A stretch of DNA of 64,000 bases, taken from Candidatus Levyibacteriota bacterium (GTDB taxonomy: Bacteria > Patescibacteriota > Microgenomatia > Levybacterales > UBA12049). Position numbers and translations under genes: made by a program. The stretch spans positions 402,915 to 466,914 of the forward strand of contig JACOXU010000001.1 of NCBI GenBank assembly GCA_016182185.1, in the 5' to 3' direction. Below, in pieces: positions 1 to 8,990 of the stretch. The notes beneath the pieces were generated by a model. That model saw only the letters and a program-made list of their open reading frames with translations, did no database searches and was not told the origin of the DNA. Position 1 is the stretch's first letter. Each line of letters opens with the position of its first letter.

Positions 1-2385
1 GCAAAAAATATCGATAAAGAAGAAATAAAAAAGACCGAAGAGTTGGCAAATGCTTATAAAAAATATGAAGAGATAAAAATAAAAGAAGGATTGATGGATT
101 TTTCAGATTTGATAAATAATTCTCTTAAGCTTCTAAGAATCAGAGAAAATATTCTTAAATCATATCAAGAAAAGTTTAAATATATTTTGGTTGATGAATT
201 TCAAGATACTAATTTTGCACAAAACGAACTGGCAATACTTCTTGCTGGAAAAAATCAAAATATAATGATTGTTGGGGACGACGATCAGGCTATATACCGC
301 TTCCGAGGGGCGGCTGTTTCAAACATAATTCAATTTAAAAAACATTTTAAAAAGGCCAAGATAATTACTCTTACAAAAAATTATAGATCAACTAAAGAAA
401 TTCTTGATAAATCCTATAAACTTATACAAAGCAATAATCCTGACAGACTTGAGGTTAAAGAAAAAATTGATAAGAAATTAATATCCATGCGAAAATTAAA
501 TGGAGAAAAAATTGATTTTCTTTATAACAATCGTGTCGAAGAAGAAGCAGAATCAGTAATTAGAAAAATTAAAACTTTAATTTCGGAAAAAAAATTAGAT
601 TATAAAGATATTGCAATTTTGGTCAGGGCCAACGATCATTCACAACCATTTGTACGAGCTTTCGAACGTGCACGTATTCCCTATCAATTTTTGGGACCTG
701 GTCAGTTGTTTCATCAGGAAGAAATAAAGGATCTAATAGCTTATCTTAAAGTGCTTTACGATTTTGAAGATTCGGCCTCATTATACAGAGTCTTATCGAT
801 ATCAAACTTCAATTTTGAGGCGCGGGATATTGCGGCAATCTTAAATTTTGCCAGAAAAAGGAATATGGATCTTTTTGAAACACTTGAACACATAGACGAA
901 ACATTTCTTAACGACAAGGCGAAAGAGAAAGTCACATATGTTGTAAGGATGATAAAACGCCATCTAAAATTAGTGCCAAAAGAAACAGCCGGTCAAATTC
1001 TTTATTATTTTCTAAAAGACACCGGAATGCTTAAAAAAATGCTCTATATTGAAAGTATCAAAGATGAAAAAAAATCCCAAAATATTGCCAGATTTTTTGA
1101 TAAATTAAAAACTTTTGAAGTCGAGAATGCGGATGCATCTGTATTTTCCGTCGTTGACTGGATTGACCTTTCCATGCAAATGGGAGAAAGCCCATTGGCC
1201 GCTGATATCGATTGGACCGAAAATAATGCCGTCAATATTCTAACTATTCACTCAAGTAAGGGCCTCGAATTCCCCGCCGTATTTTTGGTGAATCTGGTCG
1301 TTGGCCGCTTTCCAACACGTGAAAGAACTGAACAAATTCCAATTCCTCAAGAGCTTATTAAAGAGATTTTACCCATCGGTGATTTTCATCTTGAAGAAGA
1401 GCGTCGACTTTTTTATGTAGGAATGACAAGAGCAAAAGATTTTCTCTTGTTGACTGCATCAAATTTTTACGGCGAGGGTAAAAGAGAGAAAAAAATTTCT
1501 CCTTTTGTTTCTGAGACACTTGGGGAAGAAACTATAGAAAAAATTAAACCAACTGCTAAAAGTGCTATTCAAACATCACTTCTTGAATGGGAACAGCCGG
1601 TTATCTCAAGCGAAAAGTTACAGAAAAGTAAACTTCAAGTCTCAAATGGAGTAACTTATCTTTCCTACTCTCAAATTCAAACATTTGATATCTGCCCTAT
1701 GCATTATAAATTAAGATATATGCTCAAAATCCCCGTACCCCAGACTTCGGCCCAAAGTTTTGGAACGAGCGTCCATGCGGCGCTTCGTGATTATTATCAA
1801 AATTGGATTTTTGGAAATAAACCAAAAATAGAAGACGTTTCTAAGTTTCTTGAAAAAGAATGGATAAATGAGGGTTATGCAAGTAAGGCTCATGAGAAAA
1901 GTGCATTTGTTAAAGCACAAAAAATCGCTATAGCATATCTTAAAAATAATTTTGATAAAACCCGTTTGCCTCTGGCGCTTGAGCTCCCTTTTCAGTTTGT
2001 AATAAAAAATTTAAAGATTGGGGGAAGAATAGATAGGGTAGATAAAATTGATAATCAAAAAATAGAAATTATAGATTATAAAACTGGGGACAATGTTCCG
2101 GATGAAAAAAAGCTCGCGAAAGATTTACAGCTTACATTCTATGCTCTTGCCGCAACCGAAGTTCATGATGCAATTCTTAATAAAAAACCGGATGAGGTCT
2201 TGCTTTCACTATATTATTTGGAACGTGAAAAAAAACTGACAACTACAAGAACTAAAGAGCAACTTGAAGAGGCAAAAAAGATGATTTTGGAAAAAGCCGA
2301 AGAAATCTCAAAAAGCGAATTTCTCTGCTCAGGTTCTGCTCTTTGCAAGAACTGCGAATACAAAATCCTCTGCGGGGTTAAATAA
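1..2385 (+). CDS. UvrD/PcrA-like superfamily-1 helicase fused to a C-terminal RecB-family PD-(D/E)xK nuclease domain with Cys4 cluster. It is 5'-partial: the reading frame is open to position 1 and motif I (Walker A) is missing.
   Basis: SF1 motifs are present: YILVDEFQDTN (II), IMIVGDDDQAIYRFRGA (III), TKNYRST (IV), VLTIHSSKGLEFPAVFLV (V/VI). The C-terminal nuclease motifs are GGRIDRVD and EIIDYKTG. The Cys cluster is CPMHYK ... CSGSALCKNCEYKILC, as in AddB/Cas4 Fe-S nucleases. The ORF-track start at 43 is a TTG in a frame that stays open upstream. Confidence 0.8.
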   Translation, partial: AKNIDKEEIKKTEELANAYKKYEEIKIKEGLMDFSDLINNSLKLLRIRENILKSYQEKFKYILVDEFQDTNFAQNELAILLAGKNQNIMIVGDDDQAIYRFRGAAVSNIIQFKKHFKKAKIITLTKNYRSTKEILDKSYKLIQSNNPDRLEVKEKIDKKLISMRKLNGEKIDFLYNNRVEEEAESVIRKIKTLISEKKLDYKDIAILVRANDHSQPFVRAFERARIPYQFLGPGQLFHQEEIKDLIAYLKVLYDFEDSASLYRVLSISNFNFEARDIAAILNFARKRNMDLFETLEHIDETFLNDKAKEKVTYVVRMIKRHLKLVPKETAGQILYYFLKDTGMLKKMLYIESIKDEKKSQNIARFFDKLKTFEVENADASVFSVVDWIDLSMQMGESPLAADIDWTENNAVNILTIHSSKGLEFPAVFLVNLVVGRFPTRERTEQIPIPQELIKEILPIGDFHLEEERRLFYVGMTRAKDFLLLTASNFYGEGKREKKISPFVSETLGEETIEKIKPTAKSAIQTSLLEWEQPVISSEKLQKSKLQVSNGVTYLSYSQIQTFDICPMHYKLRYMLKIPVPQTSAQSFGTSVHAALRDYYQNWIFGNKPKIEDVSKFLEKEWINEGYASKAHEKSAFVKAQKIAIAYLKNNFDKTRLPLALELPFQFVIKNLKIGGRIDRVDKIDNQKIEIIDYKTGDNVPDEKKLAKDLQLTFYALAATEVHDAILNKKPDEVLLSLYYLEREKKLTTTRTKEQLEEAKKMILEKAEEISKSEFLCSGSALCKNCEYKILCGVK

Positions 2386-2387
2386 AA

Positions 2388-2700
2388 AACTCTGGAGAGA
2401 GAGTAAGCCAGATTCTGTTTCTACCGCAATCTATCTACGCCCTTTACTTGATGCTTCCGTAAGGGAGTATAGCGCATCATTCTAAGGTTGCAGCAGGTAG
2501 GATTGCCCGTTTCACTTTCACTCGTCTCTGTTGCTCTCAAGTCTTGTCAATTCAAGACCTGTTTCAAACTCCGCATGTGAATAAAGAGTCTGAACACCGT
2601 TTTCCCGGAGCTTACGCTCCGTCCCTTCCTTACTGCTGTCTGGACTTTCCTCCCCAATCATGTTTTAGGTGATCGGGGTAGCGGTTCTTCTCCCCAGAGC
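2388..2700 (-). ncRNA. rnpB: RNase P RNA (bacterial type A)
   Basis: The minus strand reads GCUCUGGGGAGAAG...GGGGAGGAAAGUCCAGACAGC (P4 5' half, matching GGAAAGUCC) and ...ACAGAAUCUGGCUUACUCUCUCUCCAGAG-UUUUUU (P4 3' half, ACAGAAnCnGGCUUA). A P1 helix pairs CUCUGGGGAGA with UCUCUCCAGAG. The length of about 310 nt is right for this RNA. Confidence 0.8.
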
Positions 2701-2706
2701 CCCAAT

Positions 2707-2735
2707 ATTTTACTAGATTTAAGGCCCAAATGCAA
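2707..2735 (-). promoter_or_regulatory. Candidate sigma70-type promoter for rnpB (TTGCAT-17-TAAAAT)
   Basis: The minus strand reads TTGCAT ttgggccttaaatctag TAAAAT. The predicted transcript start is about 7 nt downstream, at the G that begins the P1 helix. Confidence 0.35.
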
Positions 2736-2736
2736 C

Positions 2737-3786
2737 TTAGGAGCGCTTGGCAGAGTAGTCTTTGGAGTTTATTTTGTCAAGATAAAATTCAAGAAGTATT
2801 TTTATGGTGGCAGCGGTAGGCACTGCCAATACAAATCCCATTGGTCCCCAAAGATGCTCACCTGCAATTACAGAAAAAAGGATTACCACCGGATGAAGCC
2901 CCACCATTCTTCCCATAATATGCGGTGAGACAAGATAGTTTTGGAATTGTTGGATAAGAAAGTAAATTAAAGCTGTAAGAAGCGCCCCCTGAATAGGCGT
3001 TAGGGGAAAATTGGAAGTCCCGTTTAAAAAAACAGTAAAAGAAGCAACAACCCCCGCAGTAATCGGTCCAATAAAAGGTACGATTTCTGCAAATCCAGAA
3101 AAAATTGCCAAAATAAGAGCAAATCTCACACCTAAGACAGTAAGTGCAATATAAGTCAGGGCAAAAACAACAAACATAAGTATCAATATGCCCCGCAAGT
3201 AGCCTCCAAATACATTGTTTATTTTCCGCAAAATAATCTCGGCCTCAATTCTATATTCTTTAGGTAAATAATATAAAAATCTGTCAAATATTTTTTTCCC
3301 TTCTTTTAAGAAATAAAAAGCAGAGAAGAGAAAAATTATAGTGCTTATTATCCCCGACAAGGCACGGGGAAATATGTTAATTATCGATGAAGGAGACAAA
3401 AATCTTGATTTTCCCAAATCCAAAGACGAAAGTATATTTTCAACTTCGGGTTTAAGCCACGAGGGCAAAAGATTTATCTGCTCGCGGGTCATACTTGTGA
3501 TATTGGCAGTGAATTTAGTCAGTTCTTTCGACTCATGCAGAACTTGCCTTGTGATAATGGTTCCAAGGCTCACAATTCCTGTGATTATTGCAACGTAAAT
3601 AACAATTATTATTAAAGTTCTGGGTAATTTTATCTTGTCGGAGAAAAAGTCAACAATGGGGTTTAAGACATAAGCAAAGACTGCGGCCAAAATAAAAGGA
3701 ATTAAAATTTCTCTTTCTATATAGAGAAAAAGTAAAGTAATGAGCCCAAGGGCTATAAAAAAAATTGTTCTAAGTCTTATCGCCAT
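2737..3786 (-). CDS. AI-2E family transporter (PerM/YdiK-like, UPF0118)
   Basis: Polytopic membrane protein of about 350 aa. The C-terminal signature LVSPHIMGRMVGLHPVVILFSVIAGEHLWGPMGFVLAVPTAA is typical of AI-2E transporters. Confidence 0.75.
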   Translation of the reverse strand: MAIRLRTIFFIALGLITLLFLYIEREILIPFILAAVFAYVLNPIVDFFSDKIKLPRTLIIIVIYVAIITGIVSLGTIITRQVLHESKELTKFTANITSMTREQINLLPSWLKPEVENILSSLDLGKSRFLSPSSIINIFPRALSGIISTIIFLFSAFYFLKEGKKIFDRFLYYLPKEYRIEAEIILRKINNVFGGYLRGILILMFVVFALTYIALTVLGVRFALILAIFSGFAEIVPFIGPITAGVVASFTVFLNGTSNFPLTPIQGALLTALIYFLIQQFQNYLVSPHIMGRMVGLHPVVILFSVIAGEHLWGPMGFVLAVPTAATIKILLEFYLDKINSKDYSAKRS

Positions 3787-3816
3787 AACTTTTTCTAATT
3801 ATATCAAGTTTGAAGT

Positions 3817-4617
3817 TTAGCTGCTCGCGCTTGAGTACCTTTTAAGCGAAAATCTCCAAAACCTGACAGACAAATATAAAGAAAGTGCCCCGATAAATAA
3901 AGAGACTATAACTGCGTTTAAGGATAAAAGTCCCATTACTGCTTTGGCAGGAAAGGTTACCATTACGCCAACCGGAATAATAAATGTGATTACAGATCTT
4001 AAGGGATTTTTATAAATGTCTACTGGAAATCTTCCCATCTGAGTCAGATCTCTGAAAAGCCAAAGCGTATTATCGACTTCGGCCGTTAGTATTCCAATTG
4101 CCAAAACCAGAATATGAAAAGATAATGCAATTACAAATCCATTCAATAAAAGCGTAAAATAAGTAATTAATTCCGACATCGATACAGGGCCGATTTTAGA
4201 AAGAGAAACAAATATGAACAAGAGAGATATTGAAATTATCGGAATATCCAGCACATCACTTCCGCCAAAGAGAAGTCTAAAAAGTGGAGAGACAGGCTTG
4301 GTGAGAAAATAATCAAAATCTCCCCTTATTATATAGCTTCGAAATCGGTAAACTTCTCTTAGGAAAAACTGCGCAAGACTATCGATAAAATTAAAGGTTA
4401 TATAGAAAAGAATTATCTGCCACAGACTATAACCTGCAATTGCATTGGTTCTTGATGCAATTATAAGAAGGAAAAAGAAAAAGAAAACAAATCTAATAAA
4501 TTTTCCTAAAACAAAAAGGGCAGAACCGAATCTTGAAACAAATGCATTTTGAGAAACCATCATGGTCATCATCCACCAAAGCTTAATGTATTTAAATAAA
4601 TTTAGTTTATCTTCCAT
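3817..4617 (-). CDS. ABC-2 type transporter permease
   Basis: A 266-aa protein with about six transmembrane segments. It overlaps the upstream permease by 11 nt and follows the ABC ATPase in the same operon. Confidence 0.55.
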   Translation of the reverse strand: MEDKLNLFKYIKLWWMMTMMVSQNAFVSRFGSALFVLGKFIRFVFFFFFLLIIASRTNAIAGYSLWQIILFYITFNFIDSLAQFFLREVYRFRSYIIRGDFDYFLTKPVSPLFRLLFGGSDVLDIPIISISLLFIFVSLSKIGPVSMSELITYFTLLLNGFVIALSFHILVLAIGILTAEVDNTLWLFRDLTQMGRFPVDIYKNPLRSVITFIIPVGVMVTFPAKAVMGLLSLNAVIVSLFIGALSLYLSVRFWRFSLKRYSSASS

Positions 4618-5401
4618 ATGCAGTATAGCTTCGCAAACCCCTCTGCCAAAAATATTTCACCGTAAAGTAAGTTATAAAAACCCAAAAATTTGCCATAATA
4701 AGACCTGAAAAGATTTCAGGAAAACTTAATTGTCCAAGATAAATCTTAAGCGGAAAATATAAAAGATACGTAAAAGGAAGAAATTTCAATATTGAAAAAA
4801 TAAATGATGGAAGAATATCAAGCGGAAACAAAGAGCCCGCAAAGAACCCAAGAAGAGTTATAAAAATAAATCTAGGCGCCCAAACCTCAGGACTCCAAAA
4901 CCCGATAAGTCCTAAGAGAAAATTAATAAAAAAATAAAGAAAAAGAGAGGAAATAATTGAGAAAATAAAAAACAAAAGATAAAAAAAATTGGTCTGAATA
5001 AAGATTGGTGGTTTAAGAATTATAAAGATCAATGTTAACTCAAATATTGAAAAACAGATATTCATTGCCTTGTCTCCAATATCTTTTGAAAACCAATACA
5101 AAAAATAATTGACAGGCTTAAGTAGAAAATTCATTAAATTTCCGCTGTTTATCTCTTCTCCGATTATGTAAGTCCTTGAAGAAAGTACAATTGAATCCAT
5201 AAGTGATGTTCCTAAAATATAGGTAAGCATGAATGATTGGCTATATCCCAAGATATTTTTTCCAGGAGGCAAAACTACCAGCCAAAGAAAATAAATAGTC
5301 AGAAGCTGAATAGTATTTCTTACCCGCCACATCACAAAACTTGCTCTGTATGTGAAGGCTTCATCCCACGTATTTCTAGCAATAATATAATACTTTTTCA
5401 T
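4607..5401 (-). CDS. ABC-2 type transporter permease
   Basis: A 264-aa polytopic membrane protein. It overlaps the ATPase gene by 4 nt. Confidence 0.55.
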   Translation of the reverse strand: MKKYYIIARNTWDEAFTYRASFVMWRVRNTIQLLTIYFLWLVVLPPGKNILGYSQSFMLTYILGTSLMDSIVLSSRTYIIGEEINSGNLMNFLLKPVNYFLYWFSKDIGDKAMNICFSIFELTLIFIILKPPIFIQTNFFYLLFFIFSIISSLFLYFFINFLLGLIGFWSPEVWAPRFIFITLLGFFAGSLFPLDILPSFIFSILKFLPFTYLLYFPLKIYLGQLSFPEIFSGLIMANFWVFITYFTVKYFWQRGLRSYTAYGR

Positions 5402-6378
5402 TTTCCTTCTCTGGTATAAACTTGAGCTATCACATCCTCTACCTGCTGCTCTTCAATTGTTAAATCTTCAACTTCAAAGTTTCTAAGAATTACAGAAGCA
5501 ATTGAATTTACTTTTTTATTAGGAACATTTAAAGTAAGTTCTGGAAATACAAAAGAATCTATTGTCCCTAATTTATCTATTTTCTTAGGATCTGCATATT
5601 TTCTAAAAAGGACTTTAATTTTCTTATAAGGTGCGTACTTTTCAACCAAGGAAGAAAGTAACCCGTCAAAAATAATTTTTCCAAAATTAATTACAATTAC
5701 ACGTTTGCAAAGTTCTTCAACATCTTGCATATAGTGACTGGTCAAAATAATTGTTGCTTTAAAACGGATATTATATTCTTTTATAAATTCCCGCAGTTTT
5801 TTTTGCATTAAAACATCAAGCCCTATGGTAGGCTCATCCAAAAATAATACTTTTGGGGAATGAATAATTGATGCCATAAGCTCAAGTTTCATCCGCTGTC
5901 CCAAAGATAGCTTTTTAACAGGAACTTTAAGTATTTCTTTGACTTCCAGAAGACTAGAAAGATCTCTTAGGACAGTATTATATTTTTCATCTGAAATTCC
6001 GTATATTTCTTTATTAAGAATAAAAGTGTCAACTGCAGGCAAATCCCACCAGAGCTGATTTTTCTGTCCCATAACGAGCGCTATTTGCCTAAGAAGCTTC
6101 GGATTTCTTTGATAAGGATCAAATCCAAGCACTGAAATCTCGCCTTTTGTGGGATATAAAAGCCCGGAAAGACATTTAAGAGTTGTAGTTTTCCCGGCCC
6201 CATTCGGACCAATAAATCCGACTAGCTCTCCCTCGTTTATTTCAAAAGAAATATCATCAACTGCTTTAACATTTTCATATTTTCTTACGAAGAGAGATTT
6301 TAATGATCCGATCATTCCAGGTTCTTTCTGATGCACCTGGTAGTATCTTGATAAATGAGAAATAGAAATAACCGACAT
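5398..6378 (-). CDS. ABC transporter ATP-binding protein
   Basis: Walker A GPNGAGKTTT, ABC signature LSLGQRMKL, and Walker B LFLDEPTIGLD. Confidence 0.9.
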   Translation of the reverse strand: MSVISISHLSRYYQVHQKEPGMIGSLKSLFVRKYENVKAVDDISFEINEGELVGFIGPNGAGKTTTLKCLSGLLYPTKGEISVLGFDPYQRNPKLLRQIALVMGQKNQLWWDLPAVDTFILNKEIYGISDEKYNTVLRDLSSLLEVKEILKVPVKKLSLGQRMKLELMASIIHSPKVLFLDEPTIGLDVLMQKKLREFIKEYNIRFKATIILTSHYMQDVEELCKRVIVINFGKIIFDGLLSSLVEKYAPYKKIKVLFRKYADPKKIDKLGTIDSFVFPELTLNVPNKKVNSIASVILRNFEVEDLTIEEQQVEDVIAQVYTREGK

Positions 6379-6524
6379 AAACTACAAATTCAAAGCACCA
6401 AGTCCCAAATAATACTTAAGTTTCAATTACCAAAATTCAAAACTGTTTTGAAATTATAATTTTGAAAATTGTAATTTATTTGGAATTTGTAATTTTGTAC
6501 TTGTAATTTGTTCATTAATTATAG

Positions 6525-6560
6525 CAAAAAAAGAAGCTTCCGAATTTTCGGCGTGCTTCT
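6525..6560 (-). terminator. Rho-independent terminator downstream of hup
   Basis: The minus strand reads AGAAGCACGCCGAAAATTCGGAAGCTTCT followed by TTTTTTT. Confidence 0.4.
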
Positions 6561-6592
6561 ATTTAATATTTGATCTTTAATATTTTATACTG

Positions 6593-6865
6593 TTATCTGA
6601 CTGCCTTTTTAAGTGTCTTTCCAGGAGTAAAACCAGGGGCTTTTCTTGATGCGATTGTAATTTTTTCTCCTGTCTTTGGATTTCTTCCTACTCTCTCCAC
6701 TCTGTTTCTTATACTAAAGGTACCAAAACCTGTAATTACAACTTTTTCTCCTCGCTTTAGTGAATCGCGAATAGATCCGACAAATGCCTGAACTGCATCT
6801 CTTGCTGCTTTATTTGTAAGATTTGCTTTTTTAGCTACGATCTCGATAAGATCTCTTTTGGTCAA
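6593..6865 (-). CDS. hup: DNA-binding protein HU
   Basis: The sequence is MTKRDLIEIVAKKANLT...GFGTFSIRNRVERVGRNPKTGEKI, a classical HU/IHF fold. The start is a TTG preceded by GGTGGTGA. Confidence 0.9.
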   Translation of the reverse strand: MTKRDLIEIVAKKANLTNKAARDAVQAFVGSIRDSLKRGEKVVITGFGTFSIRNRVERVGRNPKTGEKITIASRKAPGFTPGKTLKKAVR

Positions 6866-6908
6866 ATTACATCACCACCCTCTGGGCAAATAATTTTTGA
6901 TTTAGATT

Positions 6909-6937
6909 AAAAATACAATGAAAACAAGACATTGTCA
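6909..6937 (-). promoter_or_regulatory. Candidate promoter for hup (TTGACA-17-TATTTT)
   Basis: The hexamers are read on the minus strand upstream of the hup start. Confidence 0.3.
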
Positions 6938-6967
6938 ATATATCAAAAGAGAGCAAAATAAAGAATT

Positions 6968-7078
6968 GCGCGGGGAGTTTCTAAAATTTTCAATCTGAAC
7001 ATTTACGTAATATGATTGCTTTTCTAAAACACGCTTCTCGCGTTGTGAAGATGAAAATTTTTGGAAACGACCTCAGCG
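6968..7078. repeat. Palindromic repeat element, copy 1 (intergenic, rny 3' side)
   Basis: Nucleotide identity to 20791-20908 inside map is about 75%. Shared blocks are gcgcggggag, aaaatttt and cgacctcagcgt. The terminal inverted repeats are GTTTCtAAAATTTTCAatc and gatGAAAATTTTTGGAAAC. Translation is broken by stops, so this copy is non-coding. Confidence 0.55.
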
Positions 7079-7088
7079 TTCTCAAAAA

Positions 7089-8354
7089 TTAGTTTTCAGA
7101 CTGAGAGGAAATTGCACGAAACTCGCGAATTGCTGTAACTTTCACCTCTCCCGGAACTGCAAGAGAGCTGCTTACTTCATCTCGTATCTTATGAGCAATC
7201 AGTGTAGTTTGGGAGTCATCTAGTTTTCCCGGATCAATAATAACGCGTAGCTCTCTTCCTGCCTCAAAAGCATATGCATCCTCAACGCCCTCATATTTCT
7301 TGGCAATTTCTTCCATATCTTTAAGTCTTACTGCGTATTCCTCTACGTCCTCGTACCTTGCGCCGGGCCTTGCTCCCGAAATTGCATCAGCGATATAAAC
7401 TATAACTGATTCAATTGAGGAAAATGGCTTATCTTCATGATGTTCAAGCACGCAATTTATGACCTCCTCGGGCATACTAAACCTTTTGAGAAGTTCTGCT
7501 CCAAGTTTGACGTGACTTCCGTCTCCCTCAACAACTTTACCGACATCATGAAACAAACAGCCAAGCCTTACGATATTTACATTTGCTCCTAATTCATGAG
7601 CAATATGTATCCCTATTTTTGTTTCTTCCAAAGTATGAACAACTAAGTTTTGTCCGTATGAAGTTCTGAATTTAAATCTACCTAGAATTGATAATAAATC
7701 TTTTGGAAGATTAAAAACTCCCACTTCGTGAGCAAGTTTTTCGCCCTCCTCAAACATTATCTTTTCTACTTCTTTTCTAGTTTGTTCGACAATCTCCTCA
7801 ATTCTGAATGGCTGTATTCTTGTATCTTTTATTAATTTTTCCAAAGATCTTCTTGCGACCTCTCGCCTTATCTGATCAAAAGAAGAAAGTCTGATTACGC
7901 CTTCCTCATCTAGATCAACATCGACGCCTGTTGCTTGTTCAAATGCGCGGATATTTCGTCCTTCTTTTCCAATAATTCTTCCCTTTAAGTCTTCATCAGG
8001 AATTTTCACCACCGACACCGTGTATTCTGCTATGTAGTTGAGGGCGCCGTGGCGCATGCTGTCGATTAATATTTCCTGCGCTTTTTTATCTGCCGTTCTT
8101 TTTGCCTCTTCTTCTCTCTCTTTAATAATACGCGCAGCTGCTTTGGCTTCTTGCTGTTCTACTTCTTTTAATAATTCCTGTCTGGCCTCATCTCTCGTCA
8201 AAGAAGAGATTTTCGATAATTTATCCTTGTATTCTTCTTTAAGTCTTGCAAGATTTTCTTTTTCCTTTTCAATATTTTCTTCCCGTTCGAGAAGTTTTTT
8301 CTCAAGTTTTATAAGATCTGGACTCTGTGCTGCCATAAAATTATACGAGGACAA
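7089..8354 (-). CDS. rny: Ribonuclease Y
   Basis: N-terminal coiled coil, KH domain (GRIIGKEGRNIRAFE), and HD domain (HSLEVAH-like, CLFHDVGK). The ORF-track start is a TTG at 8354; an in-frame ATG at 8336 (MAAQSPDL) is the alternative start. Confidence 0.85.
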   Translation of the reverse strand: MSSYNFMAAQSPDLIKLEKKLLEREENIEKEKENLARLKEEYKDKLSKISSLTRDEARQELLKEVEQQEAKAAARIIKEREEEAKRTADKKAQEILIDSMRHGALNYIAEYTVSVVKIPDEDLKGRIIGKEGRNIRAFEQATGVDVDLDEEGVIRLSSFDQIRREVARRSLEKLIKDTRIQPFRIEEIVEQTRKEVEKIMFEEGEKLAHEVGVFNLPKDLLSILGRFKFRTSYGQNLVVHTLEETKIGIHIAHELGANVNIVRLGCLFHDVGKVVEGDGSHVKLGAELLKRFSMPEEVINCVLEHHEDKPFSSIESVIVYIADAISGARPGARYEDVEEYAVRLKDMEEIAKKYEGVEDAYAFEAGRELRVIIDPGKLDDSQTTLIAHKIRDEVSSSLAVPGEVKVTAIREFRAISSQSEN

Positions 8355-8470
8355 TAGAAGATAATCCCGCCCTGGCGGGAGATTAGATTTTAAACATTCT
8401 GTCTGAGGGGTTTATCTTCATATTTTTTCCTAAACCTCTAGGCATTATCCTATTGTCTCTCCCAAATTAT
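8337..8470 (-). promoter_or_regulatory. Structured 5' leader of rny (long-range helix enclosing a GC-rich hairpin)
   Basis: GACAATAGaAGATAAT at 8350-8365 pairs with ATTATCcTATTGTC at 8455-8468. A TCCCGCC-ctg-GGCGGGA hairpin lies at 8367-8388, and GAGGGGTTTA pairs with TAAACCTC. Confidence 0.3.
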
Positions 8471-8621
8471 ACCACATTCTAGATACTAGTAAATAGATAA
8501 AAGATAATGATTATTATTCGCCAATCCGTAATTAACAACTAACTTCTTATTTCGGTATATCATATACAATTAAAACCTATTGCTCACTCAAATATTATAA
8601 TTATGCTATAATTTTTTTTTT

Positions 8622-8987
8622 ATGAAAAAAGAACTTAAGCAAGTACACATAATTATTTCCGGATATGTTCAAAAGACGCTATATAGAAAATTTGCAATAC
8701 GCAGGGCAAAAAGTCTTAACTTGACGGGTTGGACAAGAAATTTAAAAAAAGACCGCAATTATTTCAATCGAAGATGGAAATTTCTTTTTTTTATTCCGTT
8801 CATAAAACCCTTAATATTCGGAAGGGTTGAGTGCGTCGTGCAGGGCAAACAAGAAGATATTGATAAATTTACTGAATGGAGTAAGAAAGGACCATTTTCA
8901 AAATGGATATCCAAAGCTGAGATTGAAGTCACAAAAGAAAAAGTGACCAAAATTTATGATAATTTTTCAAAATATCCAGATTTTTAA
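8622..8987 (+). CDS. acyP: Acylphosphatase with a 22-codon in-frame insertion
   Basis: The acylphosphatase signature YVQ..YR..A..LNLTGW.RNL ... VE.VVQG ... GP is present. An extended -10 (TGcTATAAT) lies 9 nt before the ATG. Confidence 0.7.
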   Translation: MKKELKQVHIIISGYVQKTLYRKFAIRRAKSLNLTGWTRNLKKDRNYFNRRWKFLFFIPFIKPLIFGRVECVVQGKQEDIDKFTEWSKKGPFSKWISKAEIEVTKEKVTKIYDNFSKYPDF

Positions 8988-8990
8988 TTT

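Noticed and set aside
6430-6520. Three direct repeats of tgtaattt (aaattgtaatttatt, gaatttgtaattttg, tacttgtaatttgtt) upstream of the ABC operon, considered as a CRISPR-like array or an operator.
   Set aside because: The repeats are too short and too irregular for a CRISPR array and there are no spacers. They may be AT-rich promoter repeats or UP-element-like sequence.
8343-8470. The structured region between rny and acyP was considered as a small SRP (4.5S) RNA.
   Set aside because: It has no GNRA-capped helix 8 and no conserved GGAA/AGCA symmetric loop. The pairing pattern fits a 5'-leader structure better.
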